From a virus, in IMG/VR virus record IMGVR_UViG_3300038318_000232, positions 1 through 64,000 of that record: a stretch of DNA of 64,000 nt; one strand, written 5' to 3'. A model generated the notes under the pieces. It ran no database searches. It worked only from the letters and a program-made list of their open reading frames with translations, and had not been told where the DNA came from. Positions 45,374-54,401 of this stretch are shown here, piece after piece. The position numbers were made by a program, and so were the translations under genes. Position 1 is the stretch's first letter. Every line of letters starts with the position of its first letter.

Positions 45374-45640
45374 CTATTTCACCGCGTCTTTCAAGGCTTT
45401 GCCTGCCCTGAATCCAACAGACTTACTCGCAGGAATTTCAACCTCCTGCCCAAAAGCCGTACCTTTATGAGCGGCCCGTTCTCTTAGTTCAAAAGTGCCG
45501 AATCCCAGGATTGATACTTTTTCACCCTGAGATACCGCTTTACCGATGGTTTCAGCCAGGGCATCCAAGAACTTCCCGCTGTCCTTCTGGGTAAAGCCTG
45601 TTTTGTAGGCCAGTTCTTTTACCAATTCACCTTTATTCAT
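45374..45640 (-). CDS. hup: HU-family histone-like DNA-binding protein
   Basis: MNKGELVKELAYKTGFTQKD...ILGFGTFELRERAAHKG......EVEIPASKSVGFRAGKALKDAVK is a near-canonical HU sequence. Confidence 0.9.
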   Translation of the reverse strand: MNKGELVKELAYKTGFTQKDSGKFLDALAETIGKAVSQGEKVSILGFGTFELRERAAHKGTAFGQEVEIPASKSVGFRAGKALKDAVK

Positions 45641-45702
45641 GGTTCTTGCCTCCATTCGTTTTATTAATATTTAATATTGCGCCGCATTTACGGCATTTTA
45701 TT

Positions 45703-47148
45703 TCACTTTGTCTTTCCTTTGACGATTCCCAATCGTGAGCGCAAACCTTTATCGGCCTGTTGTAGTCCACCCTTGCCATGTTCATCGGTTGCAGTAAGAT
45801 CACCCCCTCTGCCGAAGGATACCCTTGCAGACTCGCTCGGTTCACCGCCAGCCTTCTCTTTCCCAAGAACTGCGCCAGCTGCTTCGTCGCCTAACTGCCA
45901 CCCCATCAACTGAGCAATAGCATGGAACTCTTCTTCCATGAGCTTTACAGTCATTCGCTGTTCTTCGCTATTCCAATCAATCTGATTATGAGTAAATACC
46001 GGGACAGCTTGATAACCACGAACCCTAAGCCAGAGCCTTGCTATTTCTTCGATTATCCGCTTGGAACCTCGCTGAATAGAGGCTATGCCCGAGCAAAAAA
46101 TACGGAATTGGACAGTTCCCCAACTCTCGGTCACGCCTGTATTGCGGTTCATAAAGATAGACAATTGCTTTGCACCTGATAAGGTTTGAGTATCAACCAT
46201 CTCCATAATGGCCCTCACATCAACGCTTCTATTCCCGCTAAAGCCCTGCGTCATGCCTATTTCCACTTCGTCAAAGTGAATGTAATCGCTATCTGGGTCC
46301 AAGTTGTCCAACATGGACACAATCTCATCGTACCTGGCTTTTAGCCATTCCCTTTGTTTCACAACGCTGTTTCTGGCTTCAGCGGGCATTGCGGCCATCA
46401 TGCGCTCCATCAGAATCTTAATGTCATTACGAGGCCAGCCTTGACGGTGGAGAACCGCCTGCAAATCCTGCATAATCTGCATCTGAAAATCCACCGACTG
46501 CAAGACGGGCGCGAGGATTAGATTGCCTCGGGGATCGTCAATATCGGGGTCAGTTGGCACCCAATAGAAATTAGCTTTTCCTGGTTCAAGCGATACCCTG
46601 CCGCCAATTTGACCCTGATAAGGTATCCATGTCTGCCGGCCATTGCGTTCTTCCAACTCCCATTCAATTGTCTGCGGGATAATTGGATGAACGTCCACAA
46701 TATCGGTTCGATCCTCGCTTACTTCAACCTCTAAGCCCTGAGCACCCAGCAGATAAGCAGACTGATGCAAAACATCCACAAGGCCATCCATCCCGGCATT
46801 GGAAATTTGGTTAATACGAGAAGCAAAGGCGCGCCATTCATCCTCAATATCAGACATTCTATTTTTTGTTCCAGGAGCATAGAAGGCCATCTCGTGCCCC
46901 TGGTTGGCAAGCCTGACAAAGTTCCAAATACCCATCGACACATCAGGATTAATTTTTTTAAGAAATTTTAAGGCTCTTGATTGCTCCGGAATTCTGCGTA
47001 AGGTTTCAAGCGTATCTGCAACCCGAGAACGATGAGGGGAAAGCGTTGTTCGCCCGTATCTATTGCCAACCGAACTGACGCGCCCAGTCGGGATCGCTGT
47101 TTCCGGTTCAGCCCTGGTCCGCTTCCTGAATTTATTCCAAAACACCAT
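45703..47148 (-). CDS. portal protein
   Basis: 481 aa, first large structural gene after the terminase region. Confidence 0.75.
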   Translation of the reverse strand: MVFWNKFRKRTRAEPETAIPTGRVSSVGNRYGRTTLSPHRSRVADTLETLRRIPEQSRALKFLKKINPDVSMGIWNFVRLANQGHEMAFYAPGTKNRMSDIEDEWRAFASRINQISNAGMDGLVDVLHQSAYLLGAQGLEVEVSEDRTDIVDVHPIIPQTIEWELEERNGRQTWIPYQGQIGGRVSLEPGKANFYWVPTDPDIDDPRGNLILAPVLQSVDFQMQIMQDLQAVLHRQGWPRNDIKILMERMMAAMPAEARNSVVKQREWLKARYDEIVSMLDNLDPDSDYIHFDEVEIGMTQGFSGNRSVDVRAIMEMVDTQTLSGAKQLSIFMNRNTGVTESWGTVQFRIFCSGIASIQRGSKRIIEEIARLWLRVRGYQAVPVFTHNQIDWNSEEQRMTVKLMEEEFHAIAQLMGWQLGDEAAGAVLGKEKAGGEPSESARVSFGRGGDLTATDEHGKGGLQQADKGLRSRLGIVKGKTK

Positions 47149-47168
47149 TCAATCGCCACCTTTCCGGG

Positions 47169-47708
47169 TTACTTTTCCCGCCCGACTTTCTTTCGCGCCA
47201 GCGTCCAAACTAGATACGGCTCCCCTGCTGGTTCTGGGCCAAACAACGCGGCCCACTCGCCGCCAGCAAAACCCGACTTAACAATTTTCAATCCCGCCTG
47301 AACATGCAATTCGTTCAGGGTTTCTTGCACATAATCAAGCTCGTCTTTCCATTCGGCTTTAGTTTGGGCTTTGCATTTCATGTAAGGCACGCACCCGCTA
47401 TTGGGCACAAAGTTGAGCACATATCTTCTGCTCATACCGGCCATACGCTGGATAACATCAACTGCTTTCTCCGGCGCGAAATGCTCCAGCAACCCAGAAG
47501 AATAAACCAGTTCATACTTTTTGTCAGGCTCAAACTCCATTACATCGGCCTTGATTACGCTCTCAACTTGCGGGTCAATATCAATCCCATCTGCCCCGAT
47601 TGTTTGTGACAATTCACCTGACCGACAACCAATCTCCAGGGCCGAATGAACATTAAGCTCCTTTACCAATTCTTTGAATTCCTCTATAAATCCTGGATGA
47701 TTAAACAC
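47169..47708 (-). CDS. class I SAM-dependent methyltransferase
   Basis: Motif I ALEIGCRSGE, post-I DIDP, motif II/III LVYSSGLLEHF; GAGGAGGG SD (start GTG 47708 or TTG 47714). Confidence 0.75.
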   Translation of the reverse strand: MFNHPGFIEEFKELVKELNVHSALEIGCRSGELSQTIGADGIDIDPQVESVIKADVMEFEPDKKYELVYSSGLLEHFAPEKAVDVIQRMAGMSRRYVLNFVPNSGCVPYMKCKAQTKAEWKDELDYVQETLNELHVQAGLKIVKSGFAGGEWAALFGPEPAGEPYLVWTLARKKVGREK

Positions 47709-48552
47709 CTGCAACCCTCCTCAATAAGTTTGCTGTTTCTTCTCCGCTGTTTCCCCTTAATGTTTTGGGGAATACGCCCTCAATAAACTCCCCTGCCTTA
47801 CTGTCTATGCCGCCTAAATAAGCCCGTTTTACGCAATCCAAAAGGTTTGTGCTACTCCAGGCATGATAGCCGATTTCTTCCCAGTATATTTGGTCCTCAA
47901 AAGAACCAGGGAAACACTTCATTACACCCTTTTTCAGCAACCAGGAAGGGAATACCACCGGCTTGTTTAATGTCCAAGCCTCATACACCAGACTGCCAGC
48001 ATCACTGATCACCACATCAGCATCAACCAAAACCTGCATGGTTACATTGCCTTTTGAAATTGCCGGGTGTGGGGCCTCTATCACATCGTAGAACTCCCGT
48101 AGTTTTTTGAGCTCATTATCGAACCTACCTTGAAGTGATATTTCCTCAATCGCTCCATGAGTAGGAGCATAGAGCACGCGCGGCTTATCACGGGGAGCCG
48201 CTTTGTATTTGCCTTGGAATATTGGGTCAAGCTTGGTATAGCCTCCGACAAGGATTTTACTTTGAGGGAAGCCCTGTCTGACTAACTTATCAACCCAGGC
48301 AGGACCAGAAACAAAGACATAATCAAAGTCCTTCACCTTGTCAGCATTGCGATAGTTTTTATCAGCGATGCCATGAGGAATAAACACCTGACACCCTTTG
48401 TCAACCAGAAAGAATCCTACATTTATACTCTCGGGCATCACTCTTTTTTCCGCAGAAAAGTCGGGCAAATACTCTTGTATGGGGCCTATAAGCGCGTCAA
48501 GTATGCTTTTATACGGACCACTCGAAGGTACATAAAAATTAATCCTCTTCAT
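47701..48552 (-). CDS. TagB/TagF-like CDP-glycerol glycerophosphotransferase family protein
   Basis: FIPHGIADK (WHG.p.K-like) and VLYAPTHG (YAPTWR-like) motifs. Confidence 0.6.
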   Translation of the reverse strand: MKRINFYVPSSGPYKSILDALIGPIQEYLPDFSAEKRVMPESINVGFFLVDKGCQVFIPHGIADKNYRNADKVKDFDYVFVSGPAWVDKLVRQGFPQSKILVGGYTKLDPIFQGKYKAAPRDKPRVLYAPTHGAIEEISLQGRFDNELKKLREFYDVIEAPHPAISKGNVTMQVLVDADVVISDAGSLVYEAWTLNKPVVFPSWLLKKGVMKCFPGSFEDQIYWEEIGYHAWSSTNLLDCVKRAYLGGIDSKAGEFIEGVFPKTLRGNSGEETANLLRRVAGV

Positions 48553-48556
48553 GGCA

Positions 48557-49708
48557 TCACGCCCCAAACTGTACTAGAACTTGATTCCACCGCTGCTTCC
48601 AAATCTCAATATCAAAACAATCACGGGCTATCTCCCGGTTACGTTTGCCCATTACCTCGCGGGCTTCAGGATTCGCGGCTAACCACTTGATGATCTCTGA
48701 TAGATTATTTTTAACCGGGTCAAAGATTATCGTGTTATAGCCGTCTATGTTCGCGTCAGTCAAGCCACCCGCATGAGTAGTAATAGTGGGCAGGCCGCAA
48801 GCCATGGACTCGATCATCGCCAACGAGCTTCCTTCACAGGCTTTCGTTGGAATCACCGCCAAGTCCGACTGCTGATATATTTCCTCCATGCCGTCAAGCG
48901 GCTTCCAGACAAAACGCAGGTTTTTGGTCGTATCGCCCCATTCCTGCTGCTTTGCATAAGCGCCGGGGTCTGAGCCCTGCCCAACTGCCAGAAAATCAAA
49001 ATCCGGACACTCGGTTGAGGCCCGGATAAATTCGTTACATCCCCTGAGTAGGGTTAATCGTCGAGGGAATAGCACCTTGAGCCGTTCCCAATCTCTCTTA
49101 TCTGGCTCTAGCGGCTTAAATTTCTCTGTGTCAACGTAGTTGTATATGACTTCGATGTTGCGCTCTAAGCCCGGCTTAAGGGCTTGCATGACTCTCTTGG
49201 TATTGCTATCCACGCTGACTACCATATCGGGATTAGCGAATCCCTGTAGTTGCCGGTTCATAAATTCCTTACGATGATTTTCGTCACCACTCCAAGCATC
49301 AGCATAGGGGTAATCCCAATAAATGCCGTGACAGATAGCGATTGACGGGCTGACCGCATAGGGGTAAGCCATGTAGGTTGTCCAGTAGATCGCCAGATCA
49401 TAATTACCGACAAAACACTCGTTGAACTTCATATTGAGCAGCGGATTTGTGTTGAACTGCCATGAAGTGTCCGGCAGGATAATGAACGGTATGCCATCGT
49501 AGTATTTTGTTATCTGGCCACAGGGAATGCGCTTGCCGTCGCGGATGTTGTTAATGTACTGATAGCATGTTACGCTATGTCCACGAGATTGCAGGAAGTG
49601 GCAGAAGTCCAATGTAACGCGTTCCGACCCGCCGAATACGATATAATCCTCACCGCTGAGCTCGGAAACGTCCTGGTAAAAGGCCGGGGTTAAAATGGCT
49701 ATACGCAT
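48557..49708 (-). CDS. GT-B fold glycosyltransferase (GT4-like)
   Basis: EGSSLAMIESMACGLPTITTHAGGLTD (E-x7-E region); GGAGGTGA SD. Confidence 0.8.
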   Translation of the reverse strand: MRIAILTPAFYQDVSELSGEDYIVFGGSERVTLDFCHFLQSRGHSVTCYQYINNIRDGKRIPCGQITKYYDGIPFIILPDTSWQFNTNPLLNMKFNECFVGNYDLAIYWTTYMAYPYAVSPSIAICHGIYWDYPYADAWSGDENHRKEFMNRQLQGFANPDMVVSVDSNTKRVMQALKPGLERNIEVIYNYVDTEKFKPLEPDKRDWERLKVLFPRRLTLLRGCNEFIRASTECPDFDFLAVGQGSDPGAYAKQQEWGDTTKNLRFVWKPLDGMEEIYQQSDLAVIPTKACEGSSLAMIESMACGLPTITTHAGGLTDANIDGYNTIIFDPVKNNLSEIIKWLAANPEAREVMGKRNREIARDCFDIEIWKQRWNQVLVQFGA

Positions 49709-50001
49709 CCCGTCACCTCCAACCTGTCCATATAAGACCTATCGTGGTCGCGGTCAATAAAAAAACACTTGTTAGCACCAACGCCATATCCGCAGGCACC
49801 ACCACCGATTGCCTCTATTAAAATATGTCTGTTACCAGCAAGCATAATCCCATCTGGCCTAGATTCGATTATTGCCTTTTCTAATTTTTCTCGCAAATAC
49901 CATCTGACTAACTGAATGTCTCGAAAATAGGGCACCTGAAGAACGATAAAAGAATCATCATCCAAGAACTCCAACGCTTGGTCAACCTGGTCATATCTCA
50001 T
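49699..50001 (-). CDS. hypothetical protein (100 aa), first gene of the glyco-cassette
   Basis: AAGGAGG SD; overlaps the GT start. Confidence 0.55.
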   Translation of the reverse strand: MRYDQVDQALEFLDDDSFIVLQVPYFRDIQLVRWYLREKLEKAIIESRPDGIMLAGNRHILIEAIGGGACGYGVGANKCFFIDRDHDRSYMDRLEVTGCV

Positions 50002-50027
50002 AAGTTTTGCCTCCTTATTTCTCCATC

Positions 50028-50049
50028 AAAAAAGCCCGCTACTGCGGGC
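50028..50049 (-). terminator. intrinsic terminator between the terminase region and the glyco-cassette
   Basis: Minus strand GCCCGC-AGTA-GCGGGC followed by TTTTTT. Confidence 0.65.
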
Positions 50050-50343
50050 CTACATCCAAACTATTCCGATTTCTCCTATGTGGTCGTTAAACTTCAGCGG
50101 TTTTGGCAATGGGGCCTCCGTAAATGTCTTATCCACCCACATTGTACGGCACATTAATTTGCCCTTACGCCAAACATAAAGCCAAACCACATGAACTGGA
50201 TTATTTGACTTACGCACCTCGTCGGTAGCGTCCTCGATCATCCGTTTAACCGCAGTCTTATTCTTCTTATCAACCTCGACATGCGCAACGTACCTCTTAC
50301 ATATCGGCCTTGAAACGTCCTGGATCTCGGTTGTTTTGTACAT
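50050..50343 (-). CDS. hypothetical protein (97 aa)
   Basis: GGGAGG SD. Confidence 0.55.
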   Translation of the reverse strand: MYKTTEIQDVSRPICKRYVAHVEVDKKNKTAVKRMIEDATDEVRKSNNPVHVVWLYVWRKGKLMCRTMWVDKTFTEAPLPKPLKFNDHIGEIGIVWM

Positions 50344-50459
50344 TCATCCGATGCCTCCCATTCAGGATTAACCATTATAGTTCCGTCACTCATTACCGAA
50401 TAGTCTGGGCCGATGGCTAAATCAACGCCGATAACTGCATCGCCATATTCGCCTTCCAT
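50238..50459 (-). CDS. hypothetical small protein (long overlap with the next gene; real end uncertain)
   Basis: GGAGGCGG SD 6 nt upstream of ATG; the last ~35 codons overlap 50050..50343. Confidence 0.35.
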   Translation of the reverse strand: MEGEYGDAVIGVDLAIGPDYSVMSDGTIMVNPEWEASDECTKQPRSRTFQGRYVRGTLRMSRLIRRIRLRLNG

Positions 50460-50571
50460 CTTTTACCGCCTCCATCTTTTATTCGCCTCCCCAATAAAAT
50501 TATCTGCGCGGCAGGGCTCCCGGAGGCAAAGGAGCCCGTAACAGGCCGAAACCTGCGCCGCACAAACTTGA

Positions 50572-52116
50572 TTACGCTGTCTTTTTCCGGTGATTTACCC
50601 CGCCTATCAATCCCATGAACGGCAATCCTTCTTCCAAGAGGTCAAAGTTCTTGTAAGCCAGCATCATAGCCGTTACAAGGTCGTCATGGCCGTTCTTAGA
50701 AGCGTTGCCGAAACTAATAGACTTGGTTTTCGGTGAGATTGAATACTGATAATCCTTAAATTCAAGCAGTAATGGCTCGAACTTGGGATAACTGATGCGG
50801 TGTTGCTCAATTAGCATAGCCAAGTTGTTGACCATGTTTTCCTTCTCTTTGGGAGAGAAAAATACATCTTCAACCTCCATTCCCCGCTTGGTAAGTTGGG
50901 AAGGGATAGTCTCGCCTAAGCCGGTTCTGTCCATAACGACCGGAGCATGGTTATAAATGCGTGATAGCCTCGCTATTTCATCAAACTGCTTATCCCAACC
51001 CCATCCAGACCATTGCTTAATATAAACCGTTTCGCCCCTACCGTTGCGGACCACAACCCCTGAATAGTCAATAGACTTAGCTGGGTCATAGCCAATTACA
51101 TAGGTTTCTCCCGGTTCCACCATGCCATCACCGATATAAATAGCGCATTCATCGGCATAGGGGAACATGCAATTGCCTTCGGGAAGGAACTGGCCCATAA
51201 CCTCCTGCTCGTAAATTCTGGCCGGGAAGCGGCGCTTGATGCCCTCAAGGAATTTCTTATCCTTTCGCACAAGATAAGGATTATCCCATGAGCTAAACTG
51301 CCAAGATTCCCAATCCTCATCGTAGTAAGGGGTGTCTTTTTGCCCCCACTTGAACATGTCATAATAAAACCCGAGTCCTCGTGGGGTCCCGTTTATAAGC
51401 CCCAATCCACCTTGCCCATTCGGACCACGTCCAGGGGAAGCAAGACGCATTTCAATATTTGACCAAACCTCATCAAAATTCCTTATTCGGGCTGCTTCGG
51501 TGATGAGCACTATGTCAATACCAACACCAACCAGCGAATTAGGGTCATCAGCTGAACGGACCTCAATCATGCCACCGTTGACGGTCTGAATCATCTTATC
51601 GGATTCCCAATAGTTCTCTACCCACTCCCGGGGGAAAAAGGCTTTTAACTCACGCCAAACCTGCCGGGCAAGAATGTAGGTGGGTGCTATAATCCAGCCA
51701 TGAACCGAAGGAACCATGTCAGGTCCGCGCTCTTCGCTGAGCATTTCGGCAAATTTCGTGATAAACTCCATTATCATGCAGCGGTCTTTTCCCCATCTTG
51801 CGCCAGCTGCTATGACTTTGAATCGCGCCTTACTCTCGTGGATTAACTTCTGCCCAGGATGCGGCATATAGGCTATCGTGGCCTTACTATTCCCCCTGGC
51901 TACAGCAGTTCGGCACTTATCGCAGGAATTATACTGCGTGAACTTCTCCAATTGCGGCATCCACTTCTGTTCAAAGGGCTTACCGCACTCCTTACATATA
52001 CTCAACTTGCCGCCTGAATTAGCCTCTATCTGCGTTTTAAGGCGATTATTCACCCTTTGTACGCGGTCCCGGCGCTCGCCATTGGGATTATTAAATTTGT
52101 CGCCACCTTTTGCCAT
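50572..52116 (-). CDS. terL: terminase large subunit
   Basis: Walker-A-like AAGARWGKD, size, N-terminal zinc ribbon; start ATG 52116 behind AAGGCAGGTGATCTC (the ATG at 52140 abuts a terminator hairpin). Confidence 0.85.
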   Translation of the reverse strand: MAKGGDKFNNPNGERRDRVQRVNNRLKTQIEANSGGKLSICKECGKPFEQKWMPQLEKFTQYNSCDKCRTAVARGNSKATIAYMPHPGQKLIHESKARFKVIAAGARWGKDRCMIMEFITKFAEMLSEERGPDMVPSVHGWIIAPTYILARQVWRELKAFFPREWVENYWESDKMIQTVNGGMIEVRSADDPNSLVGVGIDIVLITEAARIRNFDEVWSNIEMRLASPGRGPNGQGGLGLINGTPRGLGFYYDMFKWGQKDTPYYDEDWESWQFSSWDNPYLVRKDKKFLEGIKRRFPARIYEQEVMGQFLPEGNCMFPYADECAIYIGDGMVEPGETYVIGYDPAKSIDYSGVVVRNGRGETVYIKQWSGWGWDKQFDEIARLSRIYNHAPVVMDRTGLGETIPSQLTKRGMEVEDVFFSPKEKENMVNNLAMLIEQHRISYPKFEPLLLEFKDYQYSISPKTKSISFGNASKNGHDDLVTAMMLAYKNFDLLEEGLPFMGLIGGVNHRKKTA

Positions 52117-52140
52117 GAGATCACCTGCCTTGAAGGGCAT

Positions 52141-52163
52141 AAAAAAAGACCGCTTATACGGTC
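52141..52163 (-). terminator. intrinsic terminator immediately upstream of terL
   Basis: Minus strand GACCG-TATAAG-CGGTC followed by TTTTTTT. Confidence 0.6.
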
Positions 52164-52197
52164 AGTCTCAACTATTAAGAATTGCTGAATAGTTTGT

Positions 52198-52809
52198 TTA
52201 CGTCTCCACCTTCGCCGCCGCCATCATAGAGCCATCGGCATTGGTAAAGGCTAATGACAATTTCAAATGTTTGCGCTGCCCTCCCAAACGCCCATCGTCG
52301 AAGCTCTGAGAAAGCAATTCCTTTGTCTCTGCCAGGTCCTTGACCGTCTGAATGAGTGCCCGGACCTCTCGTAGATCACCTGCGCCCATTTTCTCGATGA
52401 TATTGCCGGTTAAGGCGTGAATGGCATCATCAGAAGTGATAATATCAAGGACTTCCTGCAAATACCTGTCTATCCGGGAAACATGGTAAATGTCGTTCTT
52501 TTTGCCCATAGCAGCGGCAATATCTCGCAACTGCTCAAACTGCCGGACCACTTCTGCCAAAGTATCAGTTTTGCCCTGAAGCAGAATCTTTTCCTCGACT
52601 TCTGCCAATGGATTTACCTTCGCCCGCTGCAAGAATGGGTTGTCCAACAGGGACGGCGGCAGAACTTCGGGATCAACCACCTTGGGTTTTCCCAAGTGTT
52701 CTCCCGCCTGATAGCAAGGATAGCAGTACAATTCTCCGTCAATATTGCGGTAATTACCGCGTTTTAATGCAGTGCCGCAGATACAGCACTTTTTGTTTGT
52801 TGCAGGCAT
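52198..52809 (-). CDS. putative small terminase subunit / DNA-packaging protein with N-terminal zinc finger
   Basis: Position directly upstream of terL; CCICG...CYPC. Confidence 0.45.
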   Translation of the reverse strand: MPATNKKCCICGTALKRGNYRNIDGELYCYPCYQAGEHLGKPKVVDPEVLPPSLLDNPFLQRAKVNPLAEVEEKILLQGKTDTLAEVVRQFEQLRDIAAAMGKKNDIYHVSRIDRYLQEVLDIITSDDAIHALTGNIIEKMGAGDLREVRALIQTVKDLAETKELLSQSFDDGRLGGQRKHLKLSLAFTNADGSMMAAAKVET

Positions 52810-52826
52810 TGCATATCACCCTCTTA

Positions 52827-53255
52827 CTACTCTGTTCTTATCGGCCTGCGCTCAATGAACTCCTGGAATGCCAGCAACCGGGCATCAGTGTAAGTCAACG
52901 GAGCAGCCGAATCTTTATTCATCTGATCCACAATAAAATTAAAAGCTTCTGCCAGATCTGCCGGGATACGCATATTCCAGTTTACAAACTCGCCCTTTTC
53001 CCATCTGCGAGGCCTGCCTAAATTCTGGTTCTTGGCTTCCGTCAAATGAGTGTTCTTGCCTTCGAACATGAAATCGTCTACCACTTTCCGGGCTATGAGA
53101 TACCTCATGCTCTTTTCGCTATGGCCTGAACCCACCTGAATGACAGGGAAAGGGAATTTATTGGTTTTAATCAGACGCTTGCCCTGCTCGTGGTCTATAC
53201 CCAACATCTCGCATACTTCCGGCAGGGTGTACGTCAAAACCTTTGTTGTTGCCAT
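52827..53255 (-). CDS. HTH (excisionase/MerR-like) DNA-binding protein
   Basis: GGAGG SD before ATG 53255; YTLPEVCEMLGIDHEQGKRLIKTNKFP. Confidence 0.55.
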   Translation of the reverse strand: MATTKVLTYTLPEVCEMLGIDHEQGKRLIKTNKFPFPVIQVGSGHSEKSMRYLIARKVVDDFMFEGKNTHLTEAKNQNLGRPRRWEKGEFVNWNMRIPADLAEAFNFIVDQMNKDSAAPLTYTDARLLAFQEFIERRPIRTE

Positions 53256-53445
53256 AGTAACCGCCTCCAATACCCATCCAGACCTGTCTCCCGCCCCTGA
53301 CAATCAAGTTTGTGGCCGTCAAAAAATCAGGCCTTAAACCTAGCCTGGACCTAACCCACAAAGACCTAAATATTAAAACGGGCCGGACATGAGCCGGAGG
53401 AAATGAACCCATGCCCGTTGGCTCTTAACCGCCCGTTTTTGACGT

Positions 53446-53544
53446 TTATTGCCTCTCCGGAGAGAGGGGCCACCACCTTACACCATACGGACAGGGAGTT
53501 AGCATCCCTGGGCAACTATCACTCGCAGGACAGTTTTTACACAT
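53446..53544 (-). CDS. Cys/Pro-rich micro-ORF (32 aa)
   Basis: GGAGG 7 nt upstream; MCKNCPASDSCPGMLTPCPYGVRWWPLSPERQ. Confidence 0.3.
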   Translation of the reverse strand: MCKNCPASDSCPGMLTPCPYGVRWWPLSPERQ

Positions 53545-53556
53545 GTCAAAACCTCC

Positions 53557-53655
53557 TTACCTTTCGGACCAAACACCATAGCAAAGCAAGCACCATGCCA
53601 TCAAAGGCGAGAATACCAGCGATGCTAAGGATTGCTTCTTTCGTCCCTCTGACAT
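53557..53655 (-). CDS. hydrophobic micro-ORF (32 aa)
   Basis: GGGGAGGTG SD 6 nt upstream. Confidence 0.3.
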   Translation of the reverse strand: MSEGRKKQSLASLVFSPLMAWCLLCYGVWSER

Positions 53656-53674
53656 GGCGAACACCTCCCCAGGT

Positions 53675-54121
53675 TTACATATTAAATAGGCTTACAGTAT
53701 TCATTAAAATTGCCTTCAAATCATCCGAATACCCGAACCGGCTTTGATTTATCTCAATGCTTCTGCGAATGTCGCCGTCATTATGCCTCATGCTTGCGGC
53801 CCACCAATCGCAAAACATTTCTACTAAGTCCACCAGGTTCATGCCCCGTATTCCGTTCTCGAAATGCTCCGGGTGATGCCGGTTTGCTTTGTAATGATGT
53901 TCAAGGGCTTTACCCATTTCTTTTAAGTAGCCCTTATACTCATCCGAGCCATATGTGGTGTTTTTTAACTTTGAAGTGTATTCGTCAAAAATACTTACCT
54001 CCGGCTCCTGAATCTTGGATTCGTCGTGTTTCATTACGCTTTCAATCAACTGTCCCATAATAAGCTTCGCTATGCCGATTACCTTTTCGCGGTGTTCTAA
54101 AGTATCTTTTTCACTGCTCAT
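53675..54121 (-). CDS. DUF5662-like (HD-related) phage protein
   Basis: KHDESK, ALEHHYKANRHHPEHF, DLVEMFCDWWAA pattern. Confidence 0.5.
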   Translation of the reverse strand: MSSEKDTLEHREKVIGIAKLIMGQLIESVMKHDESKIQEPEVSIFDEYTSKLKNTTYGSDEYKGYLKEMGKALEHHYKANRHHPEHFENGIRGMNLVDLVEMFCDWWAASMRHNDGDIRRSIEINQSRFGYSDDLKAILMNTVSLFNM

Positions 54122-54285
54122 AAACCCTCCTCTTCGCCCATCTCGCCGAGGGCAATAGATACCTTTGTCACCATCTCCATAGCCTCACGGACAGTCGAAT
54201 CTTTCATAGCCGCAACCAAAAGCCTCCCGCAGGCACCATCCAGAGTGCTGATCATTTCGTCAATCGTCATTTTAAGTTCATCCAT
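54118..54285 (-). CDS. small hypothetical protein (55 aa)
   Basis: GGAGGCT 5 nt upstream; ATGA coupling to the next gene. Confidence 0.45.
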   Translation of the reverse strand: MDELKMTIDEMISTLDGACGRLLVAAMKDSTVREAMEMVTKVSIALGEMGEEEGL

Positions 54286-54303
54286 CTCATAGCCTCCTTA
54301 ATT

Positions 54304-54338
54304 AAAAAATCCGGTCACTTATTTTAATAAGCACCGGA
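54304..54338 (-). terminator. strong intrinsic terminator after the tRNA / small-ORF block
   Basis: Minus strand TCCGGTGCTTATT-AAA-ATAAGTGACCGGA followed by TTTTTT. Confidence 0.75.
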
Positions 54339-54401
54339 AGTTTATTCCGTTGTTAAAGTCTATTTTGCCAACTGTACTTTGCATTTTTACCGGGGAAAGT
54401 G

